From assembly GCA_029261895.1 (NCBI GenBank), contig JAJDAK010000011.1, forward strand, positions 3,424 through 67,423: DNA of 64,000 nucleotides. Reading direction: 5' to 3'. Shown here in pieces: positions 26,569-36,800 of this stretch. Position numbers and translations under genes: made by a program. This DNA is from Deltaproteobacteria bacterium (GTDB taxonomy: Bacteria > Myxococcota_A > UBA9160 > SZUA-336). The notes under the pieces were generated by a model. The model saw only the letters and a list, made by a program, of their open reading frames with translations, searched no databases and was not told where the DNA came from. Every line of letters starts with the position of its first letter. Positions within the stretch are counted from its first letter, which is position 1.

Positions 26569-27714
26569 CTACCCCTTCGGCAAGCCGAGCGCGCGCGAGG
26601 CGATCAGACCCAATTGAATCTCGGTTGTTCCCACGGCCACACCGGCCGTCATCGCCATACGGAAATTCTTATCCGCGAAGCCGCCGTACTCGAGCGCATC
26701 CGCGCCATGAACCTGGAGTGCCAACTCGGCAATCGCGCGATCGGCGCGGGTACCAGCGACCCGTGCAACGTTGGAATCCGGCGTCGGTGGTAAACCATGC
26801 GCGCGTTGATCCACCACGCGATACGTCAGTACCCGCGCAGCTTCACAGAGCGCCCGCGCCTCCCCCAAACGCTCCTGAATACGTAGATCATCAAGCAGGC
26901 CGCGCTCGCGCGCGTGCTCTGCGATTTCATCGAGCGTCTTGGCCGCGCGTGCATACCTGGGAGCACCGACACGCTCGTACTGCAGCGCGTAACTCACGAT
27001 CGACCAACCCTCGTGCTCCGGTCCCAAGAGACATCCAATAGGAACCCGTACATCTGTCAAAAAGACTTCGTGGAAGTAGCGATCCCCCACAACCGCTGGG
27101 ATTTCTCGAACCTCTATTCCGGGAAGATCCATGGGCATGAGGAGCACAGAAATACCGCGATGACGCTGCGACTCTGGATCCGTCCGCACCAGCAAGAAAC
27201 AATACTGCGCGTTGTTCGCGTACGAAGTCCAAATTTTCGAGCCGTTCACGACGTAGTCATCACCATCGCGAAGTGCCAGCGTACGCAATGCGACTAAATC
27301 CGAACCCGCTTCGGGCTCAGAAAAACCCTGACACCAAAGCACCTGCCCGCTTGAAATCAAAGGAAGGTGGTGGGCCTTCTGTTCCTCGGTTCCGTACTGC
27401 ATGATCGTCGGACCGATCCAATTCACGTTCATGTACTGCGGACCCCGAGGTTCGCCACGCGCCCACATCTCTTCGCTGAGAACGATATGCCGCCACGCGG
27501 TCGCATCGCCACCACCGTATTCGCTCGGCCAATGCTGCGTGAGCCAGCCGCGTTCGGCGAGTTTACCGGCGAACTCGTAGGAGAACTCCGCCTGCGCGTC
27601 GCTACCGGGGCCGTCTGCGGATAGCTCCGACCATGTTTCGGGCAGCGCTTCCTCAACGAACGCGATCAGCTCGCGTCGATAGCGTCGATCTTCTTCGGAC
27701 CAACCGAACTCCAT
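26569..27714 (-). CDS. Acyl-CoA dehydrogenase
   Basis: 381 aa. QGFSEPEAGSDLVALRT...VVNGSKIWTS. Confidence 0.85.
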   Translation of the reverse strand: MEFGWSEEDRRYRRELIAFVEEALPETWSELSADGPGSDAQAEFSYEFAGKLAERGWLTQHWPSEYGGGDATAWRHIVLSEEMWARGEPRGPQYMNVNWIGPTIMQYGTEEQKAHHLPLISSGQVLWCQGFSEPEAGSDLVALRTLALRDGDDYVVNGSKIWTSYANNAQYCFLLVRTDPESQRHRGISVLLMPMDLPGIEVREIPAVVGDRYFHEVFLTDVRVPIGCLLGPEHEGWSIVSYALQYERVGAPRYARAAKTLDEIAEHARERGLLDDLRIQERLGEARALCEAARVLTYRVVDQRAHGLPPTPDSNVARVAGTRADRAIAELALQVHGADALEYGGFADKNFRMAMTAGVAVGTTEIQLGLIASRALGLPKG

Positions 27715-27719
27715 GCCGA

Positions 27720-28394
27720 CTACCCTCTTTTTGAGTCCGCCATCAGCTGCTCAACAACATCGGCGTACATCTGCCGCTTCATCGCGCCGTAGGTCTTGCG
27801 ATCCTTGCTCGCGAGCGCGGCTGCACGCTCCAACGCACGTGCACGTAGGTTTTCTTCGGGTACCGCTTCGTCGGCGATCCCCGCTATGACCGCGGCAGCG
27901 GCAGCGTAGCGCGCGCCCGTCAGCGTGGCATCGCGCCAGATGTTGGGCGTTAGCGCCGACTTCACCAGCGCCATCATTCCCGGACGAAACTGAACCTTCA
28001 AGTCAATCTCCGGTAGACAGATGTAGCCACGCTCCTGTCGCATGATGCGGAAATCATGCGCGAGCACGTGCACGGCACCCGCACCGAACGCGTGGCCGTT
28101 GATCGCCGCAATGGTAGGCATCGGAAAAGTAAGGAGTCGCGCCCAGAGCGCCTGGGTATCGGCAAGAAAGCCGATCGCCTCACGGCCAAGCTCGAGAACT
28201 GTCTGCAGATCGAAGCCGTTGGAAAAAAACTTTCCCTCGGCCGTCGTGATCAGCGCCGCAGCGCCCTCCGAAGCCTCGACCTCATCCAGCGCGTCATGGG
28301 TCGCTGTTAGAAACTCGGGCGTGATACGGTTTTCATCCGACCCGAGATTCAATACGAAGACTTCCTTCTCGCGGACCAAACTGATTTGACTCAT
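27720..28394 (-). CDS. Enoyl-CoA hydratase/isomerase (crotonase family)
   Basis: 224 aa. ...AAINGHAFGAGAVHVLAHDFRIM. Confidence 0.75.
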   Translation of the reverse strand: MSQISLVREKEVFVLNLGSDENRITPEFLTATHDALDEVEASEGAAALITTAEGKFFSNGFDLQTVLELGREAIGFLADTQALWARLLTFPMPTIAAINGHAFGAGAVHVLAHDFRIMRQERGYICLPEIDLKVQFRPGMMALVKSALTPNIWRDATLTGARYAAAAAVIAGIADEAVPEENLRARALERAAALASKDRKTYGAMKRQMYADVVEQLMADSKRG

Positions 28395-30457
28395 TTCGCT
28401 ACCTCTACGACGTAATTACCCAGATGATCTAACTCTGCCGACTGTCCTGGATACAGAACAATCGTTGTAAAACGTTCCTCGATGATGGCCGGACCATCCA
28501 CGCGATGCCCCGCGCGGAATAGATCGCCGTCATACACCGGGGTATCGACGTAACCATCGCCGAAATATGCCGGACGGCGTTCGCGTAACGCGGACTCCAC
28601 CGCTGAGCCTCCCGCATCATATTCAAGCGGCGTCGGCTTTTCCGTCTGACCGATGGCCTGGATGCGCACGGCGCGTAGCACGGGTGCCTCATCGCGCTGT
28701 GCGTAGGTGTGGAGCTCTTCGTGTTGGTCGTGGAAACGCACGATCGTTGCTTTCAGGTCGGCTTCGCGCATTCGCGTGTCGGTCAGCACCATCGGCACGG
28801 CCATATCAAAGGTTTGACCCGGATAGCAGATATTCAAACTGCGCACGAATTCAATATCCTCGCGCCCCAAACCCGCAACCTCCAACTCAGCAATCGACTG
28901 CGCTTCAGTCTCGTCCAATATCCGGTTGATGTAGTTCACATCCGCCTGTGCGGCGGGAGAAATGTAGGACCGCTGAATATCCACCAAGTAGTCTGCGACC
29001 AGGAGTCCCAATGCGGAAAACGCGGGCGAGGTCTTTGGCACGATGTAAGACTTAATTCCCAATTCTGCAGCCTGCATGCCGGCATGCATCGGACCATTTC
29101 CGCCGTAGACGACCATTTGAAACTCGCGTGGATCGAATCCTGCCTGAGATGAAACGCGGCGAATCGCGTTCGCCATATTGGCGTTGACGATTCGAAAGAT
29201 TCCGTACGCGGCTTTGACGAGCTCAAGATTCAGCGGCTTGGCGATTTTTTCTTCGATAGCTTCGCGAACGCCTTCCGACGACAACTTAAAATCGCCACCG
29301 CAGAGCGCGCCCGGATTGAGGTAGCCCAAAACGAGATTAGCGTCGCTCACCGTCGGTTCGGTGCCGCCGCGTCCGTAGCAGATTGGACCCGGATTCGCTT
29401 TCGCGCTGCGCGGACCGACCTTCAGCGCTCCCGCTTCAACATACGCGATCGAACCGCCCCCGGCACCAATGGAATGCATCTCCAACATCGGCAGCCCAAC
29501 AAGGTATCGATGCTGCCAATTCCAATAGCTTCGAATCGTCGGCGTGCCGCCATGCACGAGACAGGCTTCGTAACTGGTTCCACCCATGTCAACAGCAATG
29601 AAATTCTCGATGCCCGCGCGCTGCGCAGTTTCACACGCGCCCTTAACCCCGGCAGTCGGACCCGAGCCGAGCGCCGACACCGCACGGCGAGACATGCCCT
29701 CGGCCGTCGCGAGTCCGCTATTGGATTGCATGATCAAGAGGTCATGCGCATAGCCCGCGTTACGAAGCGCAGCTTGCAAATTCTTGAGATACGTCTCCAC
29801 ACGCGGGCCCACGTAGGCATCGACCAACGTGGTCGAAGTTCGCTCGAACTCCGGTGCGGTGGGCATCACCTCATGCGAAAGCGAAACCCGGACTCCAGGA
29901 TATTCCTCTTCGATCAACTCGCGAACGCGTTTTTCATGGGCGGCGTTGATGAACGAAAACAGCAGCACCACCGCAATCGACTCAACCCCCTGCTGCTTAA
30001 GCCGACGAATCGCTACTCGGGTCGCGGCTTCGTCTAACGGACGCACAACCTCACCTCGGAAATTCAAGCGTTCAGGAACGCCCAAGCGACGCCGCCGCGG
30101 CGCAATCGGCACCGGAGGTGGAGCCGAAGGATCCCAAATGTCTTCTTTGAAGCCCCGTCGAATATCAATTTCGTCGCGATGACCTTCGGTGGTCAGCAGG
30201 CCTGTTAACGCGCCACTCATTTCGATCATCGTGTTATCTGCGGTGGTGGTGCCGTGGACAATCAAGTCTGTGGCTGCGAGAAATGCCGCGGTGTCGAGTC
30301 CTTCGCGCGACGCGAGCTCCTGAATTGCATTCATTACACCGAGCGATTGATCTTCGAGTGTCGTCGGTGTTTTCGAGAGGATTAGCTCGCCATTCGTTCG
30401 AACCAGGACGAAATCCGTAAACGTACCGCCGACGTCGATGCCGATTCGATAACCCAT
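28391..30457 (-). CDS. Hydantoinase A / acetone carboxylase beta / 5-oxoprolinase A-type ATP-dependent subunit (HyuA family)
   Basis: 688 aa. Starts MGYRIGIDVGGTFTDFVLV. Confidence 0.85.
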   Translation of the reverse strand: MGYRIGIDVGGTFTDFVLVRTNGELILSKTPTTLEDQSLGVMNAIQELASREGLDTAAFLAATDLIVHGTTTADNTMIEMSGALTGLLTTEGHRDEIDIRRGFKEDIWDPSAPPPVPIAPRRRRLGVPERLNFRGEVVRPLDEAATRVAIRRLKQQGVESIAVVLLFSFINAAHEKRVRELIEEEYPGVRVSLSHEVMPTAPEFERTSTTLVDAYVGPRVETYLKNLQAALRNAGYAHDLLIMQSNSGLATAEGMSRRAVSALGSGPTAGVKGACETAQRAGIENFIAVDMGGTSYEACLVHGGTPTIRSYWNWQHRYLVGLPMLEMHSIGAGGGSIAYVEAGALKVGPRSAKANPGPICYGRGGTEPTVSDANLVLGYLNPGALCGGDFKLSSEGVREAIEEKIAKPLNLELVKAAYGIFRIVNANMANAIRRVSSQAGFDPREFQMVVYGGNGPMHAGMQAAELGIKSYIVPKTSPAFSALGLLVADYLVDIQRSYISPAAQADVNYINRILDETEAQSIAELEVAGLGREDIEFVRSLNICYPGQTFDMAVPMVLTDTRMREADLKATIVRFHDQHEELHTYAQRDEAPVLRAVRIQAIGQTEKPTPLEYDAGGSAVESALRERRPAYFGDGYVDTPVYDGDLFRAGHRVDGPAIIEERFTTIVLYPGQSAELDHLGNYVVEVAK

Positions 30458-32247
30458 TAGGCGCTTGGCTCCACGCGGCGGGATTTACGCAGGCGGGTGG
30501 TCGCGCCGACATCCACCTGCAAATCCAAAGCCTCGACGCTGCCGCTGAAGACAACGCCGTAGTCACGTTCGGCTGCTTCGATGGAAACAAGCTCATCGAG
30601 CACATCATCCTTGACCGCTTCAGGTTCACGCTTTAGAGCATCACCCCAACCACCGCCGCCGCCATACAGGTATTCAACCCCTTCGCCCGCAGCGTGCGGT
30701 ACAAAGTTTGCCATGCGTTCGACCCGCGTGGGCGTGTCGCCGCCGTAGTTGACGGTCAGCTGGTTCGGACTGCCGTTCTGGCCTCCGGCGATTCCGGGCA
30801 TCGGATAACGAATCCCCACCATGTAGGTCTGAATCGCCGCTGGCGCGGTCACGCGTTTCACATAACGCGAGCCAGGACAACCACGCCATTGGCCCGCTCC
30901 CCCGGAATCCATTTCATAGTCGCAACATTCGTGCAGCGTGGGAAAGATGGACTCACTGATCTCCGCCGGTGCGCGTACCAGGTTCCCAAACGACGCCGGC
31001 ATCGAGCCCCAGCCGTCTTGTCCATACACGGCGCCGCAGTAGGCGGAAAGCGTGTCCACCGAATGATCGACAAACATCTGACCTGTCTCGGGATGATCGC
31101 CAATCACGACTGTGGGCATTCCGAGCTTGTAAATCTGCGGGCACGCGCGCTCCGGAATTACCTTCGCAAGCGCCAAACAAATCGCCTCGCCGACCTCCAC
31201 GCCTGGGTGATGCGTTCCCGCAGCGACTGTTTTGCCATCCTCGGGATTGAGACAGCAGCCCTTGGGCACCACCAGCTCAATCGAGTCAAAGAAGCCTTCG
31301 TTTTTAGGAATCGCGGGATCCATCATCGACGCCAGCTGTGCAACAACGTAGCCACGTGTATTGCCGAAACTCGAATATGCTTGCAGGTTTTGCCGCATAT
31401 CCGAACCCGTGAAGTCGACCTTGAGTCTTTCGCCATCGACGGTAACCGCGCAGTGGACATGAATATCCAAGTTACCAGCAGGATCATGGTCGACGTAGAC
31501 ATCCGCTTCGTAGCTACCATCGGGCCAACGCGAGACTTCCTCGCGAAAACGTCTCGCCGCGTAATCGATCGAGTGATCCACTGCCGCTCGCACCGCATCG
31601 ATTCCGTAGCGCTCAATAATTTCGCCCAGACGCTTGGCGCCCAATTGGGCTGCACCGACCTGCGCACGAATATCACCGATGAATGTCGGCGTACGGTTAT
31701 TTATTCGCAGCATGTACATGACATCCCGCCGCTCCACGCCACGGTCGTAAACCTTTAGCGCGGGGAAACGCACGCCCTCGGCCCAGATATCGATCGCCTC
31801 CGCGTTGTACCCACCCGGCATGCCGCCACCCGTATCCGCGTGATGGCATTGAATCGACGCGATCAAGACCACTTCATCGCCAACGAGCACTGGCGCAAAC
31901 ACGTTGTAGTCCGGTAGATGTCCGCCGCCGTGATACGGATCGTTCGCTACGAAGACATCGCCCGCGCTAAAACCTTCATCTGCAAAAAACTCCAGCGCGA
32001 AACGCACCGGTAAAGTCGAAGAAAGCATGAACTGCGGAATTCCAACCGAAAGTGCGGCCAATCGGCCCCGTTCATCCAAAATGGTCGCGTTCCGTTCGTT
32101 GGACTGGTTAAGTATGGGAGTGGTCGCTGTCAGAGAAACATGGGTCGCCATTTCGAATGCGACCGTCTCCATTGCGCCCCGAATCACTTCGGCGGTCACG
32201 GAATCGATCCGATCGGCTTTGCGGGCTGAATTTCGGCGATCTGACAT
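30457..32247 (-). CDS. Hydantoinase B / oxoprolinase B-type subunit (HyuB family)
   Basis: 596 aa. It abuts hyuA directly. Confidence 0.85.
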   Translation of the reverse strand: MSDRRNSARKADRIDSVTAEVIRGAMETVAFEMATHVSLTATTPILNQSNERNATILDERGRLAALSVGIPQFMLSSTLPVRFALEFFADEGFSAGDVFVANDPYHGGGHLPDYNVFAPVLVGDEVVLIASIQCHHADTGGGMPGGYNAEAIDIWAEGVRFPALKVYDRGVERRDVMYMLRINNRTPTFIGDIRAQVGAAQLGAKRLGEIIERYGIDAVRAAVDHSIDYAARRFREEVSRWPDGSYEADVYVDHDPAGNLDIHVHCAVTVDGERLKVDFTGSDMRQNLQAYSSFGNTRGYVVAQLASMMDPAIPKNEGFFDSIELVVPKGCCLNPEDGKTVAAGTHHPGVEVGEAICLALAKVIPERACPQIYKLGMPTVVIGDHPETGQMFVDHSVDTLSAYCGAVYGQDGWGSMPASFGNLVRAPAEISESIFPTLHECCDYEMDSGGAGQWRGCPGSRYVKRVTAPAAIQTYMVGIRYPMPGIAGGQNGSPNQLTVNYGGDTPTRVERMANFVPHAAGEGVEYLYGGGGGWGDALKREPEAVKDDVLDELVSIEAAERDYGVVFSGSVEALDLQVDVGATTRLRKSRRVEPSA

Positions 32248-32295
32248 AGTGTCAGCATTCTATCATCTCGCTCGCTTTGCTAGTCTTCGGACCGC

Positions 32296-33873
32296 ATGAA
32301 CTGGCCCGAACACGTCGCGACCGTTCCAGCCGCACTCGAAGCCTGGGGCGGAAAATTCGGGTCGCGCACCGCCTTGGTGGACGGAGCGCGCCGCCTCACC
32401 TACGCCGCGCTCGATCATGAGTCCGCAAAACTCGCAGCCGGGCTCATCTCCCAGGGTGTCGGTAAAGGCCATCACGTCGGGCTGCTGATGCCAAACGGAG
32501 CCGATTGGGTGCTCGCATTTCTGGCAGCCGCCCGAATCGGCGCCGTGATCGTGCCGATCAACACGTTCTACCAAAGCCGCGAGTTGAGACGCACGTTGAA
32601 CCATGGCGATGTCGAAACCCTGCTGATGACTCAGCGCTTTGCCAACCACGATTACCCGGCATTGCTCGAGGACACGGTTCCCGGACTTTGCGATCAGACC
32701 GATTTGATTTGCTGCCCCGAGGTTCCATGCCTGCGACGTGTGTTTATTTGGGGAAACGTCGAAGTTCCCTGGGCGCGATCCGCCACCAATCTCTTGCAGT
32801 TCGGTTCTGCGTACGGGCCCTTGCAAGCTGGTCTCTCGAAGAACGTCGTACCCGCGGATCGCCTACTGCTCATGCATACGTCGGGCAGCACTGGCGAACC
32901 CAAAGCGGCAATCCATACGCATGGCTCAGTGATCCGACATTCGTACCAACTCGCCATGACCCGCGATCTAAGGGAAGACGACTGCGTTTGGTCGCCGATG
33001 CCGTTCTTCTGGATCGGTGGTTTGGTCTTTAGCCTGCTTGGAGCCCTGCACCGCGGCGCATGCTTCGTCGCGCAGGGCAAGTTCGATCCGCGCGCAACAC
33101 TCGAAATCATGGAGAAAGAACGCGTTACGTTGGCACTCGCATGGCCACATTACGGGCGCGCGCTGGCTGAGGACCCTTCGTTTAAGGCCCGTGACCTTTC
33201 CGCGCTTCGCGGCGGCAACCTCCAGGAAATTTTACCGAACGATCTTAAACCGTCGGATCCAAGCTTACGTGCGAATAGCTTAGGCATGACGGAAACCTGT
33301 GGGCCCCATACCTTCGCCGAGGGCACGTTGCCCGAACGGCTGCGCGGCTCTTTTGGCCCAGCACTTCCGGGTCTTGAACATCGCATCGAAAACGATGAAA
33401 TCTTGGTTCGCGGTTACGCGTTGATGCAAGGTCTCTATAAGGAAGAGCGCGAAGACACCTTCGATGCCGACGGTTTCTATCACACGGGTGACTCGGGCCA
33501 CTTCGATTCTGAAGGTCAGCTCTTTTTTACCGGTCGCTTGACCGAACTCATCAAGACCGCGGGCGCGAACGTCAGTCCAGCCGAAGTTGAAACCGTGCTG
33601 CTGGAGCGCCCAGAGATCGAGCAGGCCTATGTCTTTGCCATACCGGATCCCGAACGCGACCAAGTGGTCGGCGCCGCCTTGGTGTTATGCGAGGGCGCAA
33701 GTGTTGATGCTGAAGCCCTGCGCGTGCACCTCAAATCCCTGATCGCGAGTTATAAAATTCCGTCTCGAATTTTCTTTCTCGAACGCAGCGCGCTCCCCCT
33801 CACCGACACCGGCAAGGTAAATCGCCACGAGCTCTCGCGCGCACTACAAGGCTTAGAACAGCACCGCCGCTGA
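32296..33873 (+). CDS. AMP-dependent acyl-CoA synthetase/ligase
   Basis: 525 aa. LMHTSGSTGEPKAA. Confidence 0.85.
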   Translation: MNWPEHVATVPAALEAWGGKFGSRTALVDGARRLTYAALDHESAKLAAGLISQGVGKGHHVGLLMPNGADWVLAFLAAARIGAVIVPINTFYQSRELRRTLNHGDVETLLMTQRFANHDYPALLEDTVPGLCDQTDLICCPEVPCLRRVFIWGNVEVPWARSATNLLQFGSAYGPLQAGLSKNVVPADRLLLMHTSGSTGEPKAAIHTHGSVIRHSYQLAMTRDLREDDCVWSPMPFFWIGGLVFSLLGALHRGACFVAQGKFDPRATLEIMEKERVTLALAWPHYGRALAEDPSFKARDLSALRGGNLQEILPNDLKPSDPSLRANSLGMTETCGPHTFAEGTLPERLRGSFGPALPGLEHRIENDEILVRGYALMQGLYKEEREDTFDADGFYHTGDSGHFDSEGQLFFTGRLTELIKTAGANVSPAEVETVLLERPEIEQAYVFAIPDPERDQVVGAALVLCEGASVDAEALRVHLKSLIASYKIPSRIFFLERSALPLTDTGKVNRHELSRALQGLEQHRR

Positions 33874-36800
33874 GAGGCAGACCTCTGACTCCCCCTTGCT
33901 TGCTAGTTCTTCGGGTCCGAATTGCGGGTGCACGTGAATATTCGAGCGCTTGGTATGCGCGGCTTGCTTCGGAGCACGCTTCGCCCGGTAGCAAAGCAGG
34001 TGTCGAGCCGCGTCCTTCACGCCTTCTCCGTTCTTATCCGTCGCGTTGCAAAGATGCGTCGGCCGGATGATGTCATAGAGTCGATCTTCGAACTGATCCA
34101 AGATCGGCACGTCTTCAACCCTATCGAATCCGCCCACCCGCTTGAGTTTGTAACAAAGATAGTGATCGACCTGATGGGTCGACGAGTCGATCGGTTCTGG
34201 CAGCGGCTGCGCGAGGTCTTTCAGCGTCGGAACCAGCAAGCGGTCCGCCTTGAGGGTATCGACCGAAACAGTTCCCAATAGCGTCGTCACTTGAATTCCG
34301 CTGCGCTTCGTATGCTTTGGCTGACCGCCGAGCAGGCTAACGAGATAACCTTCAAGGTGCGTCGCCGAGTCTTCAACGGCAGTACCGTCATAATCAGCCG
34401 GGAGCGCGAGTCGCAACGCGCGTCTCACTTTGAAGTTCGCCGATTCTGCGAAAGTCGGATCTTCAAGGCTGACGTCAACCGTGGAAAACTTCGGCGTCCC
34501 TTTGCTCTTGGCAACGCGATAGCTCACAAAAGGATCGCCACCATCGCACGCATCACCGACGCCATCGGCATCGAAATCCAGCTGAGAGGGATTTGCGGTG
34601 ATCTCACAATTATCATCGCCGTCCAGTACCGCGTCTTCGTCGCGATCAATACCGATGCGAACGCCAGACGCAGGAGGCACGCATGTATAGGTCAACTCAG
34701 TCCCGCCGCCCGCGAGGCCACGTAGCGCAGCATCCGTCAACGGCGCTTCGTTTGCGCGGTCCGAGACGAAGTCGCCGCTGCCATTCATCACCCAGCCACG
34801 CGCCTCACCGCCGAACAAACCTTTGACCACCAGGTCACACTCATTTGCCGATGGATCGTCCGCTTTGACGAACGGCGTAGACGCGCGCGCCACCAGGAGA
34901 TCGATGCGTGCGTTCTGATCGATATCGTTTGGATCATCGAGCGTCATCTGTTGCCCGACGATGGGTGCCAGGTCGGTTTCAAACGCCAACGCAAACGCTT
35001 CCACCTGGCGCCGCTTCACATCTCCGTCGTCGGGACCATCAAATCCCACGCCCTCCTGGGAGCCAGGAATGATATCGGGGAAGGGGTTTACGTTTGGATC
35101 GGAACTGAACACATCCGCGCGCAAAAACCGAAAGAGGGTATCGGTGCTGCCATCGTGCAAGAAACCAAAGCCCCGTACCTGATCGCCCTTGTGGTCGTTA
35201 TCTCCGGCTTCAAAGAACTGCACGAGCGGCATCCCAAACATGCCTATTTTCGTATACATATTGCGCAGATGCGGAATCTTCATAAACTGCGGCTCGTTTT
35301 CGAAACTCGCGCCACCATCGGTGCCAAAGAAGCCTTGACTTGGGTCAAGCACGTGGCAACCCACACAGTTAAAGCCAAGCTGTATACCGGGAAGATCGAA
35401 ATCCGCGCCGTCGGAACGGCGAGACCCCGTCATGAAATCGCGACCCGCCTGCTCGTCCGCTGTCAAAGAGTTGTCGAGATTGCGAATCGGATTCGGTGGT
35501 AGCGTGACGTCAAGGATGAAATCTGTAAAAGCCTGCATCTCTTCGTCGCTGAGATCGCCTTCATCGCGGCCGACGAGCCCGCCGAACGCGACGTTAAACT
35601 TTTTAAACGCCGCGTCGGAATCGAATGGATCGCCGTTCGGGTCGTTACCCCCGGTACGATCCCCGCGCCAATGCATCGAACCCGAATTGAGCATGCCGCG
35701 CAGTGTTTGCGTCGTCATCGGTCCCTTCATGGGATGATGCTCGTTCGTGACATTGAAAAACGACGCCGCGATTTCCAAGCGTGTGGGTATCGGGTTGGCA
35801 ACGATGGAGCCATCGGGGTCGCCCAAGTCCCAGCCGAGTTCGTCCTTGTCGGCGAAGATATGACATGACGAACACGACGCTTCCCCATTGCTCGAGGTGA
35901 AATTCGCGTCATAGAGAAAGCGACGACCGGCGATGACGTGGTCGGGCTCCGGATTATGAAGCACATGATGGGCGATCTCATCATGCGTCGTGGTATCGAT
36001 CACGCTCAGGCCGTTGTCAAAGCGTGTGAGTACGTAGAGCTGCTGCCGCGCTTCGTCAAGAACCAAACCCGCGGGGCCGCCACCCGAAACAATGACATGA
36101 TCGTTTGGGTCCGGCGCGAAGGTATTGCTCTCCAACTCGGCAGTGCTGAAGATCCCCACTTTGCTAGAACCGAAGGCCGCGACATATATCGTGGTCCCGT
36201 CGCTCGTCAGCGCCATTTCGACGGGCGTTGCCAAACTCTTGCCCTTGACGTCCGCTGGCATTGGCGATGCGGCATACGGAATATGCTTGTTCAAATGGCG
36301 CGGCAACACCGCAGCACCGTCGAGAATCGTGATTCGGGACTGCGCGAGTTGACCACGAACCGTCGTGGCGATCGTCCCCGGCCCTTCAAAACGTACGTGG
36401 TTTTGTGAGTCGGTATTGCTGACGTAGACCTTTCCATTCACCGGGTTGACCGCCATATTGAACAGAATGGTTCCGACATGCGCGTAACGCCCCGCCGGAT
36501 CTTCAACGGGAGGATTCGCGAGTGCATCCAACGTAAAGACGTCGTAGTCAGGAAGATCGAAGCGCACGGCGTTATCCCAAACACGGTCGAGCTCATCGAC
36601 CCAGTGGGTACCGTCGTATTTGACCACCAGTCCTGTTTCCGGCGCGTCATCGCCCTCCACCGATTGATTCGGCAGCGGCGATCCGCCGGGCATGTTGACG
36701 CCTTCAATCACACACGGACCGACTAAACCACCGCCGTCGCAAACCGCACCTTCAGAAACCGACGTCGTCTGATTTCCAGACATGAAGACGCCCGCGTACA

